From: Trueperaceae bacterium
GTDB taxonomy: Bacteria; Deinococcota; Deinococci; Deinococcales; Trueperaceae
DNA length: 64,000 nt
Direction of reading: 5' to 3'
Assembly: GCA_965214405.1 (NCBI GenBank)
Contig: OZ243956.1
Coordinates: forward strand, 1,280,001-1,344,000
In this document: positions 19,706-31,668 of the stretch, piece after piece
Position numbering within the stretch: position 1 is the first letter of the stretch
Layout of the letters: each line of letters begins with the position of its first letter
Notes under the pieces: model-generated
What the model was told of the DNA's origin: nothing
The model's database searches: none
Seen by the model: the letters and a program-made list of their open reading frames with translations, nothing else
Position numbers and translations under genes: made by a program

Positions 19706-19846
19706 ATGCTCACCTCAAGTTTGGTACTCTTCAACATCAACCTGACGGGGTACGACGTTCTTCGTCCCGAACCCCCGACTGTAGTGGGCGGCGAACTGAG
19801 CTACAAGATAAGGCAGCCCAAACTTTTTGACTCACTTCATACCTGA
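19706..19846 (+). CDS. Possible 46-aa small protein
   Basis: MLTSSLVLFNINLTGYDVLRPEPPTVVGGELSYKIRQPKLFDSLHT; stop directly before a hairpin; weak SD. Confidence 0.3.
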   Translation: MLTSSLVLFNINLTGYDVLRPEPPTVVGGELSYKIRQPKLFDSLHT

Positions 19847-19873
19847 CCGCCCTCTTCGAGAGGGCGGCTTCTT
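19847..19873. terminator. Hairpin terminator between convergent units
   Basis: CCGCCCTCT-TCG-AGAGGGCGG followed by CTTCTT. Confidence 0.7.
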
Positions 19874-19885
19874 GCATCCGGCTCG

Positions 19886-22492
<2,607 letters not shown>

Positions 22493-22514
22493 ACCGCGCC
22501 TCCTGGTGTTGGGC

Positions 22515-22822
22515 AAAAAAGAAACGCCCGCTCAGCTCGAAAACTGGAAAGCGGACGAGACCCGAAGTTAAAGCTGGAGTCCCGCGGTACCACCGCAGTT
22601 CTTCTCCCATCAGAGAAGCGCTCGTTAAACCGCGCTGTCGGGGCGGCGTCCGGAGGGTCTAGTAAGTTCTAAAAGAACCGTTCTTCCTCTCCAAAAGAGT
22701 TCACCTCATTGACGAGATGATACCTCCAAAGTTGGGGCGACGTTCGCTCGAATCTTCTCCACCCAAACTCTCAGCGCGTCACTTGGGCTCTCTGTCGAGG
22801 GGGCTCGAGCTACTTCCCTTGG
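22515..22822 (-). ncRNA. T-box riboswitch (Val)
   Basis: T-box AACTGCGGTGGTACCGCG (22583-22600); specifier GAAC-GTC-GCCCC (GUC = Val, 22739-41); AGAGA/GCTGAG stem I motifs; terminator with U-tract. Confidence 0.9.
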
Positions 22823-22827
22823 ACAAA

Positions 22828-22856
22828 AGTATAGCAGAACGAATACGCGCATACAA
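22828..22856 (-). promoter_or_regulatory. valS promoter
   Basis: TTGTAT-17bp-TATACT with TGn extension. Confidence 0.75.
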
Positions 22857-22891
22857 GGGTGCTGGCTGACCCACCCGAACGCCGCCCAAAT

Positions 22892-24040
22892 CTACGTCAA
22901 CACGTTCGGGTCGAAAAGCCTACCGTACTCGTCACCCGCGTAGCGGTCGGTCATGCCCGATAGATAGTCGGTCACCGCGCGTATCAGGCCGCGCGTTTCG
23001 GCGTGCGCCTGAACGTCGAAGGGCAGCATGTTGGGCGAGGCGGTGTAGGCGCTAAAGAGGCGTTCCAGAATGTAATCTGCTTTTTTGGTCATGCGGATTA
23101 AGCGGTAATGAAAGTACAGGTTTTCGTATAAAAACTTCTTGAGTTCGCGCAGCTTCGCGCGCATCTCCGGTGAGGGACCGACGAGTTTGTGGGGCGCGTT
23201 GCGGACGTCCTCGAGCGTCTTTACCCCGGCTTGTTCCAGCATCCGGCTCGTGTGCGCGATGCAGTCCTCAATGGTCAGCCCCAAAAGTTCGCGGATGAGC
23301 AGGTAACGGCTCCCGTTGTCAAACGTCCCCGGCGTGACGCCCAGCGCCTCGGTGAGGTCGCAGACGAGCGGCACCTCGCAAATTTGGGCCGGGGTGAGGT
23401 GGCCCGAGCGCAAGCCGTCGTCCAGATCGTGCGCGTTGTAGGCGAGTTCGTCGGCGACGTTGACGACTTGCGCCTCCAGACTGGGCTGTTTGTCGGGCTC
23501 CCAGTCGCTGTCGGGCAGGTCGTACTCGGTCTCGTGCTTCATGATGCCCTCTAACGTTTCCCAGGTGAGGTTGAGCCCCGGAAAGTCGGGGTAGCGCTTT
23601 TCGAGTTCAGTCACCACCCGCAGCGACTGCTTGTTGTGGTCGAACCCGCCCGCGTCCTTGGCGAGCCGGTCGAGCGTATTCTCGCCCGCGTGACCAAAGG
23701 GCGGATGCCCTAAGTCATGCGCCAGCGCAATCGTCTCGGCTAAGTCGTCGTTGAGGCCCAACGCGCGCGAGATGCTTTTGGCGACCTGCGCCACCTCGAG
23801 CGTGTGCGTCAAGCGGGTGCGGTAGTAGTCACCCTCATAATTGACAAAAACTTGCGTTTTGTACTCGAGCCGCCGAAACGCCGAGGTGTGAATCACCCGG
23901 TCGCGGTCTTTTTGAAAAGCGGTGCGGTGTTTGGATTCGGCCTCCGCATAGACGCGCCCGCGCGAGGCACTTGACAGCGCCGCATAGGGCGCGAGCGTCA
24001 GCCGCTCGTTTTGCTCGAGCTTTTCTCTCGTGTAAATCAT
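22892..24040 (-). CDS. dgt: Deoxyguanosinetriphosphate triphosphohydrolase
   Basis: 'FQKDRDRVIH', 'RTRLTHTLEV', 'HDLGHPPFGHAGE'; TAGCAT-N5-ATG. Confidence 0.93.
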   Translation of the reverse strand: MIYTREKLEQNERLTLAPYAALSSASRGRVYAEAESKHRTAFQKDRDRVIHTSAFRRLEYKTQVFVNYEGDYYRTRLTHTLEVAQVAKSISRALGLNDDLAETIALAHDLGHPPFGHAGENTLDRLAKDAGGFDHNKQSLRVVTELEKRYPDFPGLNLTWETLEGIMKHETEYDLPDSDWEPDKQPSLEAQVVNVADELAYNAHDLDDGLRSGHLTPAQICEVPLVCDLTEALGVTPGTFDNGSRYLLIRELLGLTIEDCIAHTSRMLEQAGVKTLEDVRNAPHKLVGPSPEMRAKLRELKKFLYENLYFHYRLIRMTKKADYILERLFSAYTASPNMLPFDVQAHAETRGLIRAVTDYLSGMTDRYAGDEYGRLFDPNVLT

Positions 24041-24121
24041 CAGCAATGCTAGCAGGAAAGGGTAAATGTGTGCGTAACTGGACTCCAAAGGATGTGTGTT
24101 CCGCTGTGACGCGAACTCAAG

Positions 24122-25309
24122 TTAACCCGCGCGCACTCTCAACACCCGGTCGAGGATCACTTCAGCCAATGCGCGCTTGCTCATGAGCGGCAACGGCTCG
24201 GCGTCGCCGTCCGGACGCACCAGCGTCACCTCGTTGCTGTCGCCGCCAAAGGCGGTCCCCTCGCGGGTGGGGTAGTTGAGCACGATGAAGTCGAGATTTT
24301 TGCGTTTTGCCTTGTCCGCCGCCCGTTCCACACCCCTATGCGTCTCCATTGCGAAGCCGACGAAGATGCTCGAGCCCTTGCGCGACGCGAGGGTTTCCAA
24401 GATATCGGGGGTGCGGACGAGTTCCAAAGTTTGCCTCTCCCCCATCTTGGCCTGTTTTTCGCGTGCAGGTTCTCCTGCGCGCCAGTCGGCCACGGCGGCG
24501 GTCATCACCAAAACGGTCGCCGCGTCAACATATTTAGAAAGCGCGTCCAACATCTCCGCCGCGCCCTCGACCCGCTCGAACGTCACGCCCGCGGGTGTTG
24601 GGAGCGCCGTGGGTCCGCTTACCAAAATCACGCGCGCGCCGCGGTCTCGAGCCGCCGCCGCGACCGCGTAACCCATTTTGCCCGACGAGGGATTGCTGAT
24701 AAAGCGCACTGGGTCTAAATATTCGCGCGTGGGACCGGCTGAGACTAATACGCGCTCATTTGAAAGGTCTTGGGGCTTGAAGAGAGACTCGAGCGCCTCC
24801 ACCACCTCTTCGGGCTCGAGCATCCGCCCGACGCCCGCCCCTTCTCCCTTGGCAGCAAGAGGACCCACCGCAGGACCGATGAAGCTGTGGCCAAACCCTC
24901 TGAGGGTTTCCACATTACGCACCACGGCGGGATGCTCCCACATCGCGCTGTTCATCGCGGGCACCCACACCACTTTAACCACCCCCGCCAGCACGAGCGC
25001 CGACACCACGTCGTCGGCCCGCCCCGTGGCCGCGCTCGCCAGCGCGTCGGCGGTCGCCGGGGCAACCACGAGCGCGTCCGCCCAACGCGCTAAGTCGATA
25101 TGACGCGCCGCGCCGTCGGGGGAGAACCAGGCGGCGCGGTCAAACACCGGCCCGCCCGCCGCCACCGCCAAAGACAGCGGGGTCACGAAATGATACGCGT
25201 TGTCCGTCGCGGCGACGCGCACCTCATGCCCGGCCTCCCGCAGACGCCTCAGCAGCGAAGGCGTCTTGAGCGCGGCCACCCCTCCCGACGCGGCGACAAC
25301 GAGGTTCAT
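24122..25309 (-). CDS. coaBC: Phosphopantothenoylcysteine decarboxylase/ligase
   Basis: 'APATAD', 'PAMN', 'AGPTREYLDPVRFISNPSSGKMG'. Confidence 0.95.
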   Translation of the reverse strand: MNLVVAASGGVAALKTPSLLRRLREAGHEVRVAATDNAYHFVTPLSLAVAAGGPVFDRAAWFSPDGAARHIDLARWADALVVAPATADALASAATGRADDVVSALVLAGVVKVVWVPAMNSAMWEHPAVVRNVETLRGFGHSFIGPAVGPLAAKGEGAGVGRMLEPEEVVEALESLFKPQDLSNERVLVSAGPTREYLDPVRFISNPSSGKMGYAVAAAARDRGARVILVSGPTALPTPAGVTFERVEGAAEMLDALSKYVDAATVLVMTAAVADWRAGEPAREKQAKMGERQTLELVRTPDILETLASRKGSSIFVGFAMETHRGVERAADKAKRKNLDFIVLNYPTREGTAFGGDSNEVTLVRPDGDAEPLPLMSKRALAEVILDRVLRVRAG

Positions 25310-25361
25310 AAAATCACGGGTCCACAGCGTAAAGCTTTATAAAACGCCTGAAAAATCTCTC

Positions 25362-25679
25362 CTACGCGTCTTCGTCCTCATCCTCTTTGGACGGGGAGCG
25401 GGACACGCTGTACGAGGTGGGCTCCTCGCGCTTGTCGCGCTCGAGCAGCCCCCTAAGCTCCTCGGCGGACGGCAAATCGTCGCCCCAGACGATGCCCGCG
25501 CCCTCCTCGAGCTCTTTCATGGCGATGCTCACGGTGTTGCGCGTTTTGGGGTAGTCCTCGGGGGCGAGCATCGGCAAGACGCCCGCCTTGAGCTGCGCGG
25601 CCCGCCGCGCGGTAATCATCGACAGGCGGTAGCGCGACTCGGTCAGCGCCATGAGTTCGTCAAATCCTTCTTGTGCCAT
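25362..25679 (-). CDS. rpoZ: RNA polymerase omega subunit
   Basis: 'SRYRLSMITARRAAQL'; gmk-rpoZ-coaBC synteny; SD AGGAG. Confidence 0.92.
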   Translation of the reverse strand: MAQEGFDELMALTESRYRLSMITARRAAQLKAGVLPMLAPEDYPKTRNTVSIAMKELEEGAGIVWGDDLPSAEELRGLLERDKREEPTSYSVSRSPSKEDEDEDA

Positions 25680-25832
25680 GAGGTCTCCTAAAGTTGATTT
25701 TGCTGATGCTTGTAAAGTTGGCCTTCTCGGAAGAACCTTCTCGAACAAAACGGTCTGCATGTTCAGCAGATGATGTTGCGAGGGTTGAGCCGTAAACAGC
25801 GGGATTCACGTGGGATTCTGAAGAGAAAGCGG

Positions 25833-26447
25833 CTAAAGCTCCTTCAAAAACGCGGACACATCCTTGGGTCCTAACTGACGCGTGCGCGCCCGCTCTGCAT
25901 AGATGATACTGCAAAAGTCGCGTAAGGCTGTCGTCAACATGTCATTCACCACGACGTAGTCAAACTCTTTTATCGCCCGAATCTCCTCACGCGCGCGCGC
26001 GAGGCGCTTTTGGATGCGCTCCTCGGAGTCGGTGCCGCGCCCGCGCAAGCGCCTTTCTAGCTCGACTAAGCTGGGCGGCGCGATAAAAATCATGACCGCC
26101 TCGGGGAGCCGCCGTTTCACTTCGCGCGCGCCCACGAGCTCGAGCTCCAAGAGCACGTCTTGACCCCCCGCCAAAGCCTCGGTCACCGGACCCGCCGGGG
26201 TGCCGTAGTAGTCGCCCACGTATTCGGCGTACTCGAGCAGCGCCTGAGTCTCGATCATCGTCTCGAAGGCGTTCTTTTCGTGAAAGAAATACTGCTTGCC
26301 GTGCGTTTCGCCGGGCCGCCGCAGCCGCGTGGTCGCGGAAATCGAGTAGAACAGGTTGTCGATGTCGGGCAGCGCCGCCTGCCGGATGGTGTCTTTGCCC
26401 ACCCCGGACGCGCCCGTCATGACAAAAAGGATGCCGCGCCGACTCAT
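25833..26447 (-). CDS. gmk: Guanylate kinase
   Basis: 'GASGVGKDT', 'SATTR', 'YYGTP', 'RLRGRGTD'. Confidence 0.97.
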   Translation of the reverse strand: MSRRGILFVMTGASGVGKDTIRQAALPDIDNLFYSISATTRLRRPGETHGKQYFFHEKNAFETMIETQALLEYAEYVGDYYGTPAGPVTEALAGGQDVLLELELVGAREVKRRLPEAVMIFIAPPSLVELERRLRGRGTDSEERIQKRLARAREEIRAIKEFDYVVVNDMLTTALRDFCSIIYAERARTRQLGPKDVSAFLKEL

Positions 26448-26838
26448 CGCTGACCCATCAGAAGAGCTTACTCACATTCATATTCGCACATATTCATATT
26501 CATTAAGGTTTAGAAAACACACGAAAGAAAGAACCCCGGTGGAAAAGCCATAAAGGAATGTAACACAGTCGCTGTGCGAAGAAAAAGGGGGCGGTCGGAG
26601 AGGCTGGCAAACTCGACGCGGAACCACGGTGAGTTTGGCGGCTCGAGCGTTCGTGAGAGCCGTTGAGCGGAAGGTGTTCTAAGTTGTGTGTTTGAGCACG
26701 TGTCTTTGCGTCGGTGACGAAGTCCGTGCGGAGTCACACACAACGAGTGGTACACCGCCTCGAGCGTGACGAACACGCGTGTTCGCTCCGTCGGCCCCGC
26801 AGAACCCCCGGCTGCGCGCGCCTGTTACACTCTTCTTT

Positions 26839-28134
26839 ATGCACTCGATTCACGACCTACCCAACCACCTTGGCGAAACCGTGCGCGTCGCAGGCTGGCT
26901 CACGGGCCTGCGCTCCTCGGGGAAGATCGCTTTTTTACAGCTCCGCGACGGCACGGGCTTTGTGCAGGGCGTCATCGCCAAGGCGGACGTGGCCGAAGAG
27001 ATTTTTGAGCGCGCCAGACGGCTGGGCCAAGAAACGAGCCTTGTGGTAACGGGCGAAGTCCGCAAAGACGAGCGGGCACCAAGCGGCGTCGAACTCGGCG
27101 TAACGGACGTAGACATCATCGCGCCCCCCGCCGAAGAGTATCCCATCACCCCCAAAGAGCACGGGGTGGACTTTTTGATGGAGCGGCGGCACCTCTACCT
27201 GCGCCACAAAACCCCCTGGGCCATCCTGCGCGTCCGGGATGAGTTGGAGCGCGCCGTCGCCGACTTTTTCGCCGAACGCGGTTTCGTCCGCTTCGACGCG
27301 CCCTTTTTTATGCCCACCGCGGTGGAGGGCACAACCAACCTGTTTGAAATCAACCTATTTGGCGAGGACAAGGCTTATCTGTCCCAGTCGGGCCAGCTCT
27401 ACGCGGAGGCGGGCGCGCTCGCCCTGGGCAAGGTCTACACCTTTGGCCCCACCTTTCGGGCGGAGAGGTCCAAAACGCGTAAGCACTTGCTTGAATTCTG
27501 GATGATCGAGCCCGAGGAGGCTTTTTTGGAGCACGAGGGCAACATGGCGCTGCAAGAGGCGCTTCTGTCTTACCTCGTCGGGCGGGTATTGGAGACGCGG
27601 CGACCAGAGCTCGAGATGCTAGAGCGCGACGTGAGCAGGCTCGAGCCCACCGCCAACGGCGACTTCCCGCGGCTATCCTATGATGAGGCGCTAAAACTAC
27701 TCGCAGAAAAAGGTGAGCCGCTCGAGTGGGGCGACGACTTCGGCGCGCCGCACGAGACGATTTTGGGCGACGCCTTTGACCGCCCCGTCATCGTCCACGC
27801 TTGGCCCACCCAAACCAAAGCCTTTTACATGCAGCCTTTTGACGACGACCCCACCCGCGTCAAGTGCGACGACGTCATCGCGCCCGAGGGCTACGGCGAA
27901 CTCATCGGCGGCTCTCAGCGCATTCATGATTATGAACTCTTGAAACGCCGCATCGAAGAACACAACCTGCCTTTAGACGCTTTCTCCTGGTACCTAGACC
28001 TGCGCCGCTACGGGAGCGTGCCGCACTCGGGCTTTGGGATGGGGCTCGAGCGCACGCTAGCCTGGATTACAGGCGTCAACCACCTGCGCGAGGTGATTCC
28101 TTTTCCGAGGATGCTGACGCGGATGTATCCTTGA
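26839..28134 (+). CDS. asnS: Asparagine--tRNA ligase
   Basis: 'FLQLRDGTG', 'LSQSGQLY', '[12 protein letters not shown]', '[11 protein letters not shown]'; TACACT-N7-ATG. Confidence 0.93.
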   Translation: MHSIHDLPNHLGETVRVAGWLTGLRSSGKIAFLQLRDGTGFVQGVIAKADVAEEIFERARRLGQETSLVVTGEVRKDERAPSGVELGVTDVDIIAPPAEEYPITPKEHGVDFLMERRHLYLRHKTPWAILRVRDELERAVADFFAERGFVRFDAPFFMPTAVEGTTNLFEINLFGEDKAYLSQSGQLYAEAGALALGKVYTFGPTFRAERSKTRKHLLEFWMIEPEEAFLEHEGNMALQEALLSYLVGRVLETRRPELEMLERDVSRLEPTANGDFPRLSYDEALKLLAEKGEPLEWGDDFGAPHETILGDAFDRPVIVHAWPTQTKAFYMQPFDDDPTRVKCDDVIAPEGYGELIGGSQRIHDYELLKRRIEEHNLPLDAFSWYLDLRRYGSVPHSGFGMGLERTLAWITGVNHLREVIPFPRMLTRMYP

Positions 28135-28198
28135 TTTTTATGATGGAAGGCTGTGGGCGCAAGAACCCACATATGTAAATGCCCTCCTGTGGCATCCC

Positions 28199-28227
28199 TT
28201 GACGTGTACGGCAAATCACCGTACAAT
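28199..28227 (+). promoter_or_regulatory. TA promoter with overlapping palindromic operator
   Basis: TTGACG-17bp-TACAAT; TGTACGG-caaatca-CCGTACA inverted repeat (28205-28225). Confidence 0.85.
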
Positions 28228-28243
28228 TAGGGCAAAGGAGAGC

Positions 28244-28531
28244 ATGATGAAAGTCTCTACGAAAGAAACAAAGGATGCGCGGCTCGAGTTCCGCGTTCCC
28301 AGTGAGCTAAAATCGCTCATTGAGGACGCTGCTCGGTTGCAGGGTGTCAGCGTTTCTGATTTTCTGGCAGCCACGGCGCACCAAGAAGCGTTGAAAACGG
28401 TTCAGGAGCATGAGACAGTCAGGTTGACTCGAGAAGAAAGCGTGCGTTTTGTCGAAACCTTATTGAACCCTCCTGCCCCCAATGAGGCGCTGAGCAACCT
28501 CATGAGGGAAAAAGGCAAAGCGCGGGTTTGA
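28244..28531 (+). CDS. DUF1778 RHH antitoxin (TacA/AtaR-like)
   Basis: 'KDARLEFRV...LIEDAARLQGVSVSDF...LLNPPAPNEAL'. Confidence 0.88.
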   Translation: MMKVSTKETKDARLEFRVPSELKSLIEDAARLQGVSVSDFLAATAHQEALKTVQEHETVRLTREESVRFVETLLNPPAPNEALSNLMREKGKARV

Positions 28532-28535
28532 GCCT

Positions 28536-29057
28536 GTGCAAGATAGCTCTACAGACTTCACCGTCTCGCTGCTCGACACGAAGAAACACGACCGGGCAGC
28601 CTTTTCTTGTGGTGAGCCGTCATTAGACACCTATCTGCAACGTCAAGCCTCGCAAGACGTTAAACGCCGCGCGGCTGTCGTGTACGCGCTGACGCAACCT
28701 GGAGAAGGCCGCGTCTTGGGCTACTACACACTATCCGCGGCCAGTGTAAGACTAACGGACTTGTCCGAAGAGACGCAGAAGAAGCTCGCCCGCTACCCAA
28801 ACGTAGCCGCGAGCCTCATCGGGCGGTTAGCGGTTGATGAGAGCTACAAAGGTCGAGGCTGGGGAGCGCAACTTCTCCGGCACGCTCTCCTACGCACTTT
28901 AGAGCAGAGCCGGGAATTGGCTATCGCTGTGGTCATCGTGGACGCTCTAAACGATGATGCAAGAGAGTTCTACGAACGCTATGGCTTTAGGCTCATGACA
29001 AGTCAAAGCAACAGGCTTTACATACCGGTGGAGACGATAAAGAAGTCGCTGGGTTAG
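28536..29057 (+). CDS. GNAT acetyltransferase toxin (TacT/AtaT-like)
   Basis: 'HDRAAFSCGEPSLDTYL', 'GRLAVD', 'VDALND', 'FYERYGF'. Confidence 0.9.
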   Translation: MQDSSTDFTVSLLDTKKHDRAAFSCGEPSLDTYLQRQASQDVKRRAAVVYALTQPGEGRVLGYYTLSAASVRLTDLSEETQKKLARYPNVAASLIGRLAVDESYKGRGWGAQLLRHALLRTLEQSRELAIAVVIVDALNDDAREFYERYGFRLMTSQSNRLYIPVETIKKSLG

Positions 29058-29098
29058 TCGTACCAGAAGTGTGTCAAAACGACCAGGTAAAGTCTCAC

Positions 29099-30166
29099 TT
29101 ATCTCTGAGGCAGCACCTCAACCTCAAACGTACTAATTAGCACCTCCACCCCCGCTTCCAAAAGCAGCTTATCGGCGCGCGGCTCCACCCCCCAGGGCAC
29201 CCCCCGCAGCCAGGTAAAGGTCCACACCTTGTGCCCTAGCTCCTTCTCGAGCCTCGACAACGCCCCCACGCTCTCCTCGCGCAGCACCACGTCCGAAGTG
29301 TCCGGGCGCGGCTCGGCGTGGGTCATCGTGTGGCAGGCGACGCTGTGGCCCCTCTTCTCGAGGTCGCGCACCTCGTCCCAGCTCATCGCCACGCGCTCAT
29401 GGGGTCCGTATTCGCCCTCGGCCAGGGCGATGTGACGCGCGGCGGCAAAGGCGCGCTGCTCGGAAGCGGGCGCGTCGATAAAGCCGGGGATGAGAAAGAA
29501 CATCCCGCGCAAACCCGCTTTTTCTAGCAGCGACGCGGCCACGTCGTAACCTTCGCGGGTGCCCTCAAAAAAGGCGAGCAGCACGGGCGGGCGCGTGCCC
29601 CGCCAAGGTTCACCCGCAGCGAGCCCACACAGCTCTTTTTCAGTCACGCTTCTAAAACGCTTCCCCACGGCGCGCAACCGCCTTTCGTAACGCGCGGCGT
29701 CGGCTCGAGGGGTAATGTGAAAGTTGAGCGCGCGCAGATAGCGGCCCCGGCGCAGGGCCTGCGTGAGCGCTCCCAACTCTTTGTCCAACGCGCTTTCCAA
29801 GCGTAGCGGCGGCCAGCCGTCGCCACTGGCGGCTGGGTCGGGGGTGTCGCGCAAGGGCGGGGCCTCTTCATAGGGCTCGGGCGTGAACAAATCGGCGGCC
29901 ACCACCTCGAGCGCCCCCCGCAACGCCCGCACCGGGTCATGTTCCTCACCCCTCAAGAGCCTCGCCGCCACCCGCTCAGTTGCGTCGGCGAGGGCGCAGC
30001 CGTAGGGGTCTTCGGGTGGGGAGGGTTCACGGTTAGACCTGAGATTAGAGAGCGTCAGCAACATCTCGATACCCTCGCGGTGGTAGTCGCGGCGCGTAAG
30101 AGTCGCCGCCCGCTCGAGCGCCGCCGCAACGAGCGCGTCTATCGTCTCTTTAGCAGGCGGCGTCAC
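29099..30166 (-). CDS. Polysaccharide deacetylase (CE4/NodB)-like protein with degenerate motif 1
   Basis: 'LNFH', 'AFFEG' in place of TFDDG, 'MSWDEVRDL', 'HTMTH'; 4-nt overlap with ycaO. Confidence 0.75.
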   Translation of the reverse strand: MTPPAKETIDALVAAALERAATLTRRDYHREGIEMLLTLSNLRSNREPSPPEDPYGCALADATERVAARLLRGEEHDPVRALRGALEVVAADLFTPEPYEEAPPLRDTPDPAASGDGWPPLRLESALDKELGALTQALRRGRYLRALNFHITPRADAARYERRLRAVGKRFRSVTEKELCGLAAGEPWRGTRPPVLLAFFEGTREGYDVAASLLEKAGLRGMFFLIPGFIDAPASEQRAFAAARHIALAEGEYGPHERVAMSWDEVRDLEKRGHSVACHTMTHAEPRPDTSDVVLREESVGALSRLEKELGHKVWTFTWLRGVPWGVEPRADKLLLEAGVEVLISTFEVEVLPQR

Positions 30167-31668
30167 GCTCGAGCTTGGTCCTGCTTGTGGTACTGGGCTG
30201 CGTGGCTCGAGGGCTCGCGGTAGAGCGGGTAGAGGGGAGAAACGAGGCGCTCGAGGCCCAAAAGGTCAAACCAACCAGGCCCACCCAAGGCTTCTTCGTC
30301 CTCCTCATGCAGATGCACCCGCGCTGCGCCGGGGGGCGGCGTCCCGACGCCGACGAGCGGGCTCCCCTGTTCCAAGAGCCGCCGCAGATTACGTATCCCG
30401 ATGCGACCGTACGAGGCGGTTTCAACTTCCAGACCGGGCACGACGGCTTTAACCGTGACGACGCCCTGGTCACGCGCCCTCTCGCTTTGCGTCTCTAAGT
30501 AGAGAATCTGCAACCCTTTTAAGCGCTCCCCAAGCAGCGCCAGCGTCTCCTCGGGTGTGGACACGCGCGTTTGGGGCAGGTCTTCCCAGGAAACGTGCTC
30601 GCTCACCCTCCACACGGACCCCAATTTTTCGCGTAACTCCGCGTGACTCAGCTCGAGCCAGCCCAGCATCGCGGCGAGCGCCCGCGGCTCCTCGCCGCCG
30701 GGCGGGAAGTGACGGCGGTGCGCGTCCAGATACCCCGGCGTCGCCACCTCGGCCACGCGGTCTAAGGGACCTTGGTCAAAGGCCAAACGTGTCCGCGACG
30801 AGGTGTACTCGAGGAGCGCCTTACGAAAAGCCGTATCGCGGTCGGGATGGCAGGCCTCGCCGTTCGCCGCTTCGGCGATGGCGGGGGCAAAATCGTGACG
30901 GGCGGGGCCGTGAACGTACACGTTGGTGAGGCCAAAGTCGGTGGCGGCGAGTTTGAGGGTGGGCTCGAGCCCGCCCGCCCGCACGCGGCTCAGCAGGTCG
31001 GCTAAGTCGTCCGGCAACCCGCCCACATCCACCGCCACGCCCCGGTCAAAGGCGCGGTAGCGAACCGAGTTGCCGTCGCGCTGCCCAATTTCTAGCACGG
31101 CGTGAGAGAGGGCGCGCGCTAGCGAAAAGCCAGCGCCCAAGCCGTTGGACACGGGTAAGAAAAGTGGGTTATAGCCTTTGGGGAGTTCGGAGGCGCTCGA
31201 GGCCGCCGCCGCTAACGGCACGAACCGCTCCGCCCCGCTCGGCCATTCACGCATCCGCACCCAGCGCAGCGCCCGCTGAGGCGTGTAGTCACTCCCAGCG
31301 GGCAGGCCCAGCCGCACAGGGTCCACCACTGCCTCGTCGCCATAGGTGTTGACGAGGTCGTGATGAGTAGCTTCTTCTTGTGAAAAGGTTGGGAACGTCA
31401 GACGGCTTTGCAGCTTCTCGTGCTGCTCGCCCAGCGCGCCAATCTCAGCTTGCAATTCGCTTTCACCGTAGCCGTGCCCGCCGTCGGGAAAACCCGGCAT
31501 CTGCGTGACCGACCACGAGGGCAAACCCGTTTTGTCGAGAGCGGTCACCGCAAAATTCCACAGCTCACCCTCGGGCAGTGCGGCGCGGTAGCGGTCCCTC
31601 ACCTCTTCCAAGCTCGGCTCTACTTGTAACGTGCTTTCTGTCACCCCTCGTGTTATTTCCCGTGTCAT
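30163..31668 (-). CDS. YcaO-family protein
   Basis: 'GALGEQHE', 'SNGLGAG', 'LEIGQRD', 'GEACHPDRDTAFRKALLE', 'KAVVPGLE'; ATG 31668 overlaps the permease TGA. Confidence 0.85.
   Translation of the reverse strand: MTREITRGVTESTLQVEPSLEEVRDRYRAALPEGELWNFAVTALDKTGLPSWSVTQMPGFPDGGHGYGESELQAEIGALGEQHEKLQSRLTFPTFSQEEATHHDLVNTYGDEAVVDPVRLGLPAGSDYTPQRALRWVRMREWPSGAERFVPLAAAASSASELPKGYNPLFLPVSNGLGAGFSLARALSHAVLEIGQRDGNSVRYRAFDRGVAVDVGGLPDDLADLLSRVRAGGLEPTLKLAATDFGLTNVYVHGPARHDFAPAIAEAANGEACHPDRDTAFRKALLEYTSSRTRLAFDQGPLDRVAEVATPGYLDAHRRHFPPGGEEPRALAAMLGWLELSHAELREKLGSVWRVSEHVSWEDLPQTRVSTPEETLALLGERLKGLQILYLETQSERARDQGVVTVKAVVPGLEVETASYGRIGIRNLRRLLEQGSPLVGVGTPPPGAARVHLHEEDEEALGGPGWFDLLGLERLVSPLYPLYREPSSHAAQYHKQDQARA

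Noticed and set aside
19745..19800. GTCCCGAACCC resembling the c-di-AMP (ydaO) riboswitch 3' part
   Set aside because: The 5' GCTGAATCC and GGAACC elements are absent, and there is no downstream gene in that orientation
26690..26720. GACGCAAAG on the minus strand resembling a c-di-GMP-I riboswitch
   Set aside because: The upstream GGCAAA and GNRA-capped stem are absent
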